Assembly: GCA_965112155.1 (NCBI GenBank)
Contig: OZ218103.1
Reading direction: 5' to 3' (one strand)
DNA from: Podarcis liolepis
Lineage: Eukaryota
Length of the DNA stretch: 64,000 bases
The notes beneath the pieces were generated by a model that did no database searches, was not told the origin of the DNA, and saw only the letters and a list, made by a program, of their open reading frames with translations. Of this stretch, positions 13,101-25,000 are shown piece after piece. Within the stretch, counting starts at the first letter, position 1. Every line of letters starts with the position of its first letter. Position numbers and translations under genes: made by a program.

Positions 13101-16100
13101 GAAGTCAGGTTTAAACCCAAAAGAAATTGGGTTTCTACCCAAAATGTTTATACAGCTCTCAGAGCCATGGTCACATGTCCAATAGACAATTTCTGCTCTC
13201 AAAGCCTTGGATGCATAAAAACACTGCCATATATTATCACTTAGTGGTCAGTGGTAAAAAGTGTCTGTGTAAGGCGGTGGCATGTTGTTCTAGAGGGATC
13301 ACAATAGGTAGACTTATGATTCTGTTTGCTTAATTTAGTGGCAATACTGAGGTTAATTTCAAGCTTGTTTGAGTCCCTTGATGTTTAACGTCTTCTAAGG
13401 CAGGAGAAGATAAGATTAATCTTCTGTGAAAAGCTGTTGGTGATTATAATTCCACTCTAACACTTACTTACTTCTGTCTTGCTCTCTGAATGAAGAGCTG
13501 AAAAATATTTAAGAACCAGGGGACTGTGCACTTAGGTTTTTGAGACCCAGATTGGAAACTGTTTTCAATGCTTGATTGTGTATCAATTCAATTAGGAGAA
13601 CTGAAGAAGTGCATCTGGATTTACATGGCTATGGAGAGGAGTCATGTGGGTACAGATCTGGATCAGCAAAACATTATGTTGGGAATGGCTCATAGACTGA
13701 AGCATGAGTGGTTCCTAAAAGCATGATGATCAGTAGTACATAGAATTCTCATGAGAGTAAGCTACACTTACACTATTAAATGCTATTTGCAAAGGGTAAA
13801 ATCCCCAAATATAGCACACTATGCTCAAGTCCATGGCATTCAGTGGGTCTGTAGCAATTTCCTCCACTTGATAGGTTAGCCATATCATTACAGTCTGTAT
13901 TACCTGCCATTCATCCTGAGTACAGATCCTTCTCCTCTGGAATCTCACATGGCTTCAGAGGCTTGTTTGACTGTGTGTTGTGTGTGTGTGTGTGTCCAAC
14001 CTAGGTGCTTGAAGCACTCTTGTCACGCAAAACAATTTGGGATCATGTCTTCATTCTGTTTGTGTTTTCCTTTTTGAATGACTTGGCGGGGCGTAGGTGT
14101 CCAGCCACATACAGGTTCTAGCTCGGAAGAAGGTGCGAGAGTACCAGGTTGGCATTAAGGTACGTTGGAGACCCTGCCCATGCGTCCGTGGTGTGTGAGC
14201 ATGGGCAGCCCCCTCTCCTTCCTCTCCTTTCCTCTGGTTGACGGCTCTGCTGTTTTCCCCCCCTCTCCTTCTGCTTTTCTCTCTGCAGGTCTCTAGCCAC
14301 TTGCAGGTTCTAGCCAGACGGAAATCTCGTGAGATTCAGTCGAAGCTGAAGGTACGCGCTTCCCCGGCTTTCCCACCTTTTGAGCCATGGCCATGCTGGC
14401 AACTAACATGCTGCGCTCTGTGGTTGGTTGCCACTCTTTCCCCCCTGCTTGTTGTGTCTTTGCTCCCCTCCCTTTGTTCCTGGGACCTGATAATTTTCAG
14501 AATGCCGCTGAGGTGTGAGAGAGAATCAGAAGGAAAAAGCGATAGAGCACTTCTGCGTGGCAGGATCTGGCAAGGACAAGCCACCTCTAAACAGTCCAGT
14601 AAAGCTGTCCCTTGTCAGCTTGGAGAGTGCATTTCCAGTCACAACTGGAGCCTTCAGGTGGTGACATAGCAAGGAGAACTTCTAGAGTTCTCCACAGTCC
14701 ACCTGCCATCTTTGGTATATCCATGTAAGTGCTCCACTGTTGTTACAGGAACGGGAACCTTGCCTAAATCAGGAAAGCTGAGTAGGATCCATGGCGGCTC
14801 ATGAAATGTGCAGTCGTGGTATTAAACAGCCACTTCTGCTGAGCAACAACTGAGTGGAAGGGTCCCTCCCAGTAGAGGCATAGGACAGAACACCCTTCTC
14901 CTTCTGTTTCCATTCAACAGAAGAAGCCATTTCCTTCTGCTGTGCTACTTCACTGTCTACCACTCTGTAGCATTAAGATTTTCTAGGTAGCATTGGAGCT
15001 CTGGAGCAGGTTTTTGTTTTTTTAAAAAATGTTTTTCAAATAAGTGTTACTGATGTTCAATGATGCATCAAGCAGGGCTGACCATTAAAGTAGCAGACCC
15101 AAGGCTGCAATGAAACAAAACCAAAACACACTCCCCCACCCCACCCCAAAGCAGAAGAGCCAGACTTTTGGAAAGCATTCCGTGCTGGATGAGGATGGGG
15201 AAGTATACAGGGGGGGGACCCCAAAGTTTTGTAGGTACAAATTCTGATGGATTTATGCAGCTGAGGCTCATATAGCAGGCATAGGAATTTGTGCAATCAG
15301 TGCCTCTGTCATACTTCTAGTCTATATGGCCAACAGTCTTTAATACCTGGGGAGGATATTTGGCTAAGTTGGCCAGTGCAATGGTACAAGGCAATTAGGA
15401 TGGAGATGCACAGAACCAGAGATGAGTGTCTTCCATCATAGGCCTGCTCTTGCTGATTCAGGATGCTTGGACCAAGAACATGGGACCAGGAGCCAAGGAA
15501 GTTGAGCAGGGATAAAACTGGAGAGCTTTTATCCTGTGATTGCCTTTCTTTCTGTGGTTGGCTTTTCTTTTCTTCTTTCTTCTGTAACTTGAGATTGGCT
15601 AACCTTTCCTATTACCCTTTCCTCTGTGTGTTCTGTGTATTGTGATTTGGGTTTTTGAGGGGGGAGGGGGGTCTTAATGAATGGTTAGTGGTTGAAGGTT
15701 ATTTTGAACTGATTCTGGTTCTCTGTCTATTCTTGTGGTTTGGCCTATGCATCGGAAAGTACCTAGAAATTCCAATCTTTTCAGCTGTTCAAATTTATTT
15801 AGTCCAAAATACTCTCCCTTCCTTTTCTAGAGTCCACAAAGCAGGAGCTGCCATTACCAGGTTGGGAAAACTCATAAATAGTGTGCCGTCCCTCCCACCA
15901 TGCCCTCATTCCTCTACCCCAAACTAAGAAAATAATTGGCTGGTTTATAAGAAGATTAAATTGTGTGCATAAAGTGGCCCACACCCAAAATTCAGTTAAT
16001 AATAAAAACTCTCACAGTTGAAGAACAGCATGGAATGAAGGAAAATATCTTTTTAAAAGGATCTGTCCTTGTAGTCAGTAGCACACATTATATGATGAAC

Positions 16101-18999
16101 AGATGTAACTGTAGAACACTTTTACATATATGTTAATTCTAGTCAATAGCATGTCTTCCACAAAAGACAGACAATACATTGCCTGAGAGTTAGGGCTAGC
16201 ATGCTAGTCAACTGATGCTTGTTAGATTATGGCAAGATTTTGTCAAATATTCAAAAAATGCCCATGGCAGTGTTGTTGAGTTTTTAAAAATTATTATATC
16301 GTTATGGTCTCATTTGTTAAGTAGGGGAGGAGCAAATGTATCTTGCCTCCTAAGCTTACAGCTGACAGGGACAAACCTAGAAGCACATCAAAGCTTTTAA
16401 TTTAAGGCATATCTGAACAGAAATGCAAACAGTCATCAGTGGTATTGCCTAGTAAGTAAAGTGTCTGACTAGGGCGAGGGAGTGCTCAGAAAATAGGTTT
16501 CCCAACTCTGTCCTTGCAGTACTGTCGTTGCAAACCTATTTGAGAGGACCTTTTAAGTGCATGCCCATAAGTTCTGCCCTGTATCGCTGAACCACTCTAC
16601 CTCCAACCAGTGTGCTTTCGTGTTCTGCAATGGCAGAAGACTGGGCAAAGCAGTGGTATGCAGGTCCAGTTTACCACCTTGAGTCTTTAAAGAGAGAGCC
16701 AAAGGTAAACGGAGAAAACTGCAGAACATCTATTGGCCCATTTATCTACATCCAGGCTTAGGACTCTGCAAATTACGGTAGCCCCTCACAAATACCAAAG
16801 AATGATTTAACTACCTAGGTACTTTTTACTCCCCTTGCACTACTCCAAGAGTTATGTGCACGCAACTCAAGAAGCCTAAGCTTGTCCACCTACAGCAACA
16901 CCCTGTTTATTTTGTATAGCTTTGCAGGCAGGAGAGTGCAGTGACCAGATCTAGTGCATTGTTTGCACTAGTAACTCTGCAATCTATAAAATAATGTTGC
17001 TTTCAGTACCCAGACCGGCATCAGATTTGGAGAACCACAGAACAGGGCGGTCTGTTCTCACTTCCTGCACATCTTCCTTGATTTGTAAAATTGAAGAAGT
17101 TACCTATTGAGATAAGCCTCATACCATCCGCTCCTTTCTTCCTCATTCCCGTTGTGCCACGTGCCCCAGATCATCAAGTGGATTCAGTAAAACAGGCTGC
17201 ATTAGAAAGCAGCCCGGGACAGATGTAGTTTGTTTACAAAATGAAGTCTGACATCCTGTGATGCTTTGAAGTCCCATTATTGATACCTGTTATGGATTAT
17301 GCAGACTCCCCCCCTCCCCGCAGTGCCCATTATGACAGCAGAGGCACTAACCATATTTCTTTTCTTTCCTCCCTCCTCTTCACACAGGCTATGAACTTGG
17401 TAAGTGCACTTCAGTCTTGTTTCTGCCCCATTAAGTGTTCTCTACTTGGTGATTGTCTTTATCCTTATGCTGAGTGTTTAATTTTGTTGTATGCTGTGTG
17501 CTGCCTTGGTATCTATACTGGTGAAGGAGGGACCATACGGCTTTTAAATAAATAAATCCCCATGAATAGTATTAGAGAGTGCAGATGAGGTGCAGGGGTG
17601 CTGGAAGTGCAAAATTAATAGCTGAGATGAGAATCTTTTGGATACTTTGGACCATACTGGCTAAAAGCCAGCACCTTAAATGGATGTTTGTGTTCTCCTC
17701 CTTTGATCTACAGACATGTTGCACTGCTCTAAAGGATTTATTATCTATGACTAGTAAGATCCCTGGAAAAATGAGCTTTGGGGGGAGGGGAAGTGACATA
17801 AAACAGTTTGCTTGAATAGCTCACTGTCCCCCATTAATTTGTCTTTAGTGGGCCGTCAAGGCCAGTGTTAGTAACTCTCCCTTCTGCTTCTCCTCTTCTG
17901 TCCTGTTTTGAAGGATCAGGTCTCAAAGGACAAGGCTCTGCAGAGTATGGCTTCCATGTCGTCGGCACAGATCGTATCCGCCAGTGTCCTGCAGAACAAG
18001 CTCAGCCCCCCTCCTCCACTCCCTCAGGCTGTCTTCTCTGCTGCTCCCAGGGTAAGGGATGTTCCAACACTTTTCCTGCCTGGTTAGGAAGGTCAGGCCC
18101 AGAAGGACAGCATGGAGTCAATGCTTCTGCAAGACAGCGGCTTCTCTTATAGGGCTAGGTGACTAACGCAGAGATGGTTCCAGAGAGGATATTTATTTAT
18201 TAACTTATCTGTAGTTGTGTTCCTGACCCAATAGGCTTAGTTTAAATCAGACATCATAAGCGTAATTTACGTATTCCACACCCAACATCCATGTCTCCCT
18301 AATTTTCATTTTTGCCCAGTTTACTTAAAAATAAAATAAAAATAAAACCTAACTCATGCTCTTCCTCCCAACACCTTTCACTGTCACATATGGGAATGGT
18401 TCTCCAGTTGTTGTTAAAACTCCTTTGAGACTCAGCTAGCATGGCCAACGGTCAAAGAAGATGGGAGTTGTAATCCAATAACATCTGGAAAAACCATAGG
18501 TTCTCCATCCCTGCCCTAATTCTTCTTATCTGCACATGCCATCAGCACCACCACCAAAGAGTAGCATATCTGACCCACCCTCTCCCCTTAGTGGCTCACA
18601 AGAGAGTGGAGGACATGTACTGACTTGGTGTGAAACTCCCAGCTGTAGTCTTGACTCTCCTCAGCTGTGTTGTGGTATTTCCACACTATTCTAAAAAACT
18701 GACTAGCCGTTGCCATTCTGTAACAATAAACAACTTAAACAACCCTTTAACAACTTTGATGAACCTGAACAACTGTAGCTGTGAAGTCAGATGGTAGGAA
18801 TATGCATGACAATGTTTTCTGTGTTCATTTTTTGTTTCCTCAGTTTTGGAGTGGGCCTATCCCAGGACAGTCTGGACCTTCTCAGGAGTAAGTGAAAAGC
18901 AATTGTTACGTTTGGTGGAGAATTAAAAGGCTTAGCAGTTAGAGGACGGTACTTGCATAGCATTTCTGAATTGTTCCACAGAAATAGATGCCACATTGT

Positions 19000-19091
<92 letters not shown>

Positions 19092-22000
19092 CTTGATCGC
19101 TTATGCCTCCATTTCTAAACTGCTATGTTCATATTCTTCCAAAGGGTCGACTCAGGTATGCATAATTGCCTGTGGGGATTGCTCCAATTCAAGTCTCATG
19201 TAGGGAAATCATTTATTTGAAAGTTCCCCCACATAGGGCCACACTGGGGGAAAAATCAGAGAGAGAGTTAAGATCAAGACTTCTTTATCTTATGTGGTAG
19301 ATTTTTGACATTACACACAATATTCATCGGGGTGGGGGGCATGTCGGTGTTTCAAATAAACAATTCCTCGGCTGCATATTGTCAGGGTTTGAAGGATTAT
19401 CCCAGCTGGTATCTTGAGATTCGAGGGATTCAACCTGGTACCTTCTGCATGGGAAACATGTACACAAATGGCCCTTCCTTTATTTCACTAAGTCAGCATC
19501 TCCAGTGGGGATGCTTCACTGCTCATGTAGCCATAATAAAATGCACTAGAAACTGCAGTCCCAAAAACCCTCTTAAAGTAATTACTTTGGGTATCCAGAA
19601 CCTCCTAAATATATTTGTTATTCTTCATAGGAAACCTGATAGCAGTTTACAAAATCTAGTTGTGTATAAATTTTATGAAATAATTATAAATAAAATATTT
19701 TTATTTTAAATTAAAAATGAATAATATAGTGGAATGTTTGTTGGTCAGGTTCCTAAAGGTTGGTTACATTAGGCCTGCAGATAGACTGCTCTTTTTTCTG
19801 AAATAGTGGGGAAGGCAAATGAGGGGGAGCCCTGTAATGGCTGGTGGCTGTATGTATATGAGAGGCCACCATAGAGTTACCTTGATGATTTCTGCAAGAC
19901 ATCTGCCCTTGGAGTAACTTAGGGTGTACGCAGTTAACAGGAACATTAACAATCTGACATACTGACTAACATACTTAACACTATTTTGTTTTTCAGCATT
20001 AAACCTTTTGCACAACCAGCCTACCCCATCCAGCCACCCATGCCTCCATCACTAGCCAGTAAGTGATTTTGTTTCTCCAACTAACTGATGCTCTGCCTCA
20101 TAACATTTTCTTGGCTCCCCTGTCACCACCAGCGCCCAGTCCTGTTTATTCATACAGACAGTTCTAGCTGTTTCCTCAGGACCTCACTGAGAGCTTGAAC
20201 TTTTTTCTTGGCCCAGCCATGATGGTGAATCTCTTTGATTTCATTCATAGAAACTGAATGCCTTATTGTCTATTCCAAAGGGTTGATTCTTTCCATCCTG
20301 CCATTAGCAGTGATGGTACCTGTAGGTTCTCCCCACCCTCACAGAGCTTTCGGGGTGCAATTTGGATTGGGGGAAAACAGTGCAGTGGAGAGGGCTAACC
20401 ATTTCTCCCTTGCTGTTGCTGGCCTAATTCAGCCCCCTTCTATGCCACTTGCTAAGCTTTTCAAAAAGAAAATAGGATGATCTACTCATGGGTTTTCCAT
20501 CATCTCGCCTGCTTTGAGTGAGAGGGATTCTACCTTCACATTTGCCTAGGATGTTTCTGCATGATGGAGATGAAAGCAGACTTATCATGGACCACCTTGT
20601 CTTGCCAACCATGGTCACATTTTGCTTGCAAGGAAATATGGCAAAAGCACTGAAATAAAATATAAATAAATGACTCTTTTTACACCTTAGCTGCTTCCAG
20701 ATTTTAAAATTTGACTCAGTAAATGATGTTTTGCATTTAATTATTTCAGCAAAGCTTTTTATATTTTAACTAGCCTCTATGCTGCCCTTTGATCCCTTCA
20801 TATTACCCACAGAATGTCATCTGTGAGATGGATTGTGTAGATGGAAGACAGTTTTTGTAGCAGGAAGCCCATCTGTCCTGTCCAATGATCTTCTTGATGT
20901 TCTAAAGTAGAGCTTCCTAAACTCTGTGTCACGACACGTTACTGTGTCCACTGCAGTGTGTAGGTGTGTTGCGCGAATGCCCCCCACGCTCCTCCTGGGG
21001 CTGGAGAGGGGTTGATTTAACTTCCGGTTTGCTAGTAAAACCGAATTACTGTGTCATGAAATGATGCATGTCTAAAAACTGTGTCACCAACATGAAAAGT
21101 TTGGAAAGCTCTCCTCTAAAGACACCTCCATGGTAGTAGAAGGGTAGCTTCCTGGATTGCTGTAGTACTTGGGAGTTTTAAATTGTATTTTATCTAGGGA
21201 GTACAGTCTGCTTCATTCCTCATTGCTTCATCTGGAGTTTAAGAGATTACACCTTTTTTGTTTACAAACAGTCTTGCTTAACGTTCAGGGGAAATTAATT
21301 CATTTCAGTTCTCCCATCTTCTAAATGCAAGGGCATCCCAGAGCTATTATAAATATGAAATGCTTAAAAATGAAATTTGAATCATTACAATTTCAGAGAG
21401 TCCTGTTGCATTAGAACTGCCATCTGGGCAATAAGGAAGGAAATAGTCCTTGGCTTCTTGGAAGGATGGGCAACTAGGCTAGATGGAGGAGCATTAAAGG
21501 GTTGTCCTCATCTCTGCAGCTGAAACCTCCCCCTGCAGTGCTCAAGAATGTGGCAACACTTTCTTTTTTCCAGGCTACGAGCCCCTGGCTCCTCTCCCAC
21601 CTGCTGCCTCGGCTGTGCCAGTCTGGCAGGACCGCACCATCGCCTCCACCAAACTGCGGCTCCTTGAGTATTCAGCGTTTATGGAAGTGCAGCGTGACCC
21701 TGAAACGGTAACTCTTAGGGGGGAAGTGTTTGGCACTGCAGGAGCCGGTGGCAATGGTGTTTTTCAGCTCTTACAGTGCATTGGGTCTCTGCAGAAAACT
21801 GCCCTCTTTTCTAACCTGCATAAAGCCTGACATTCACTTACGAGCCCCATGTAATAAATGCTGCCAGAGACTCAAGCTCTGGTCTCCCTGTGCTGTTTTG
21901 TGTAATATAGACACATATCACATTGGCTGTATTTATATAGCCCTTTTGTCTAGGCTGGAGTCGCCAATGGCATGCAGCTTCCATCAACTCTGGTTATTAC

Positions 22001-25000
22001 CCATGCTGGCCTGAGCTGTTGGAAGTTGGAGCTCAACATCTGGAGATGTTGGCTGCTCCTGGTCTGGATGGTGGTAGCTGGCATTAAGGCAACTGAGTTT
22101 TGAATTTTGCGGCGTCAGCAGGAGTATCTGATTCCCTTTGTCATGGCTGAATCTTTGTAGTGAAGCACGCTACCTTCCGCTCCCACATTTTTTGCCATTT
22201 GTGTTTCCCACCCTACAGTATAGCAAGCACCTCTTTGTGCACATTGGACAGACGAACCCCTCGTACAGCGACCCGCTGCTGGAGGCAGTGGACATCCGCC
22301 AAATCTATGACAAGTTCCCTGAGAAGAAAGGTGGCCTGAAGGAGCTCTATGAGAGGGGGCCCCAGAACTCCTTTTTCCTGGTCAAGTTCTGGGTAAGAAT
22401 CTTGCAGCCCAAAGCCGAACAATGCCTCTGAAAAAGCCATTATTGGGTACTTCTTCATCGGACAAGGAGGCTAAGGAAATTAGACCAGAGGACCATGGTT
22501 ACATTATTCTCCTATATGAATGTGGATGTTGTTTGGATGATGGGAGGGGGGATGCTTTCTGGCCTCAGATTCTCCACATCAGTGGGCAGTCGCATGTTTC
22601 ATGTGGTTTTGCCTGGCTTTATATGCTAAGCAGGCTTGACCCAGGCATCTTGGTAGAAGAGCCTAAGGGATATTAAAAATGAAACGAAATTCTGAAGGGG
22701 TCTGGGGAAAAGGGTTCATCCTTTAGAAAAAGAGCTGCATTCAATAGCATGTTTTGAGGTCTAAGCAATGCCATGGTATTATTCTCGCACAAATGTTCAT
22801 AGAATCATAGACTCTATAAGAGTTGGAAGGGACCCCCGAGGGGCATCTAGTCCAACCCCCTGCAATGCAGGAATCTCAGCTAAAGCGTCCATGACAGGTG
22901 GCCTTCCAACATCTGCTTAAAAACCTCCAAGGAAGAAGAGACCACCACCTCTCGTGGGAGTCTGTTCCACTGCCGAACAGCTCCTACTGTCATAAAGTTT
23001 TTTTCGAATGTTTAGTCGGAATCTCCTTTCTTGTAACTTGAAGCCATTGGTTTGAGTCCTGTCCTCCAGAACAGGAGAAAAGAAGCATGTTCCCTCTTCC
23101 ATTTGACAGCCCTTAAGATATTTGAAGATGGCTATCATATCTCCTCCCAGTCTCCTCTTTTCCAGGCTTCTCATAAGGCTTAGTTTCCAGATCCTTTATC
23201 ATCTTGGTTGCCCTCCTCTGAACACATTCCGGCTCCCGTAGCACATACTGCAAGACCAGCCGGTGTTTTACATTGGCTTTGCTCTACCATCTGAATTTTT
23301 TAATGCCACTCTGCAGCATTCAGCCTGGTTTGAGCCTCCTTTGGAACTGTGGCTTAATATTGCCTAAATGCTGTCACTCTCCCCTGCCATCAAATCTTAA
23401 AAGCTGTTGTCATCCCACACTGAGCATTTTCAGTTCGTCTTCTCAGCCCTTCGCTAAAAATACATGAGCCGATGTGGTCCAGCTTGGAATGCTTGTGAGA
23501 CTTCATTTCAAATTCCATCTCAGCTGTGGACTTCGGGCGAGTCACCTCCATTCTCCATCTACAAAATGGGCATAAAAGCAAAGAGTGGCAGTGAGGCTGA
23601 ATGAGATAAGGGTTAGAAAGCAGCTTGCTATTTTTAAATACTTATGTCAATAATTAGCAGTATCACCATGAATACACTTCTCTGTTGGCATCTTCGCTCC
23701 CCTCAGTGAATGCATCTCGGAACTCTTGGGTCGGAGACCTCTGCGCCCCAAGCAGAAAGCCACAATCCGTACTTGATTTATAACACCTCCTTCTTTGCCT
23801 TTGCTCTAGGCGGATCTGAACAGCACCATTCAGGATGGTCCTGGTGCTTTTTATGGCGTAAGCAGTCAGTATAGCAGTGCAGAAAACATGACCATCACAG
23901 TCTCCACTAAAGTGTGCTCCTTCGGAAAGCAAGTAGTCGAGAAGGTGGAGGTGAGTCCTGCGCTTCCTTTGGGTCTGGTACCAGCAGGAAGGGAATGTTG
24001 CAGAGTGGGTGAAGAGCATAGCAGTTAATGTGGGACTGGAAGTTAAGTTCTTGGGAAGAACGTACAGCCCAAGGGGAAAGTGCTTTGGGACTCTTTAAGT
24101 GCTAACAGTACATGTATAATAAGTAGCAATGTATGCGTTATCAGAATGTCAGTATAGTCCTCTCTTCCTTTCCCCCTGCTGCTTAATTATGGATAATTAG
24201 GGTGTGCCACCTCCCCAGTTCTCCTACACCAAGCTTGAATGCCATTCGATACACAATAATAAATCAATAAACAAATCTCTCTCATATTATTGCACCTTCA
24301 GTGGCTTCTTTGTTAGGGTCTATACCTTATCAATGCTTTTTCTGCAGACGGAATTTGCCCGGATGGAGAACGGACGGTGTGTGTACCGAATCCATCGGTC
24401 CCCCATGTGCGAATATATGATCAACTTTATCCATAAACTGAAACACCTCCCAGAAAAATACATGATGAACAGCGTCCTGGAGAATTTCACCATCCTGCAG
24501 GTAAATAACATTTTCCTTCTATCCTGAATCCTTTCCAGCTGGTGCAAGGAGTAACTTCTGTCTGGATGTTCATAGTAGGCTTTTCATGGCTGAAGACACC
24601 AACTGGATAGTTTCAGATTTGGTCATACTTGGAGTAAAAACCCATTGAAATAAATTGTACAAGTTAGGTCATTGGTTTCAATGAGTTTACCTATAATATG
24701 ACTAAATCTGGGCCTGTAGCAGCAAAAGCAGACCCCTTCATCTGCCCCACTTGTAATAAAACCTCTCTCTCCCCTACAGCTACAAGCAGGTGCTGTATCT
24801 CTCCAATGGTTTGACTTTAGACACACTCTTCCATTGTTCCCCAAGACAGATGGATGCCAATAACCAGGATCCAACCAAAATAACAATTGCATTCCTTTCT
24901 TCCTGTTGTTTTTTATTCTACCTTTCAATGTCGTGCTCATCATCTGCTTCTTTCAAGAAGGCAATGGTTTGTCATGAAGACATTTCTTATGAGGAAAATA

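Noticed and set aside
15510-15534. 8-bp hairpin GGATAAAA/TTTTATCC near a pyrimidine-rich stretch
   Set aside because: Short, AT-rich and not adjacent to any identifiable exon; chance level.
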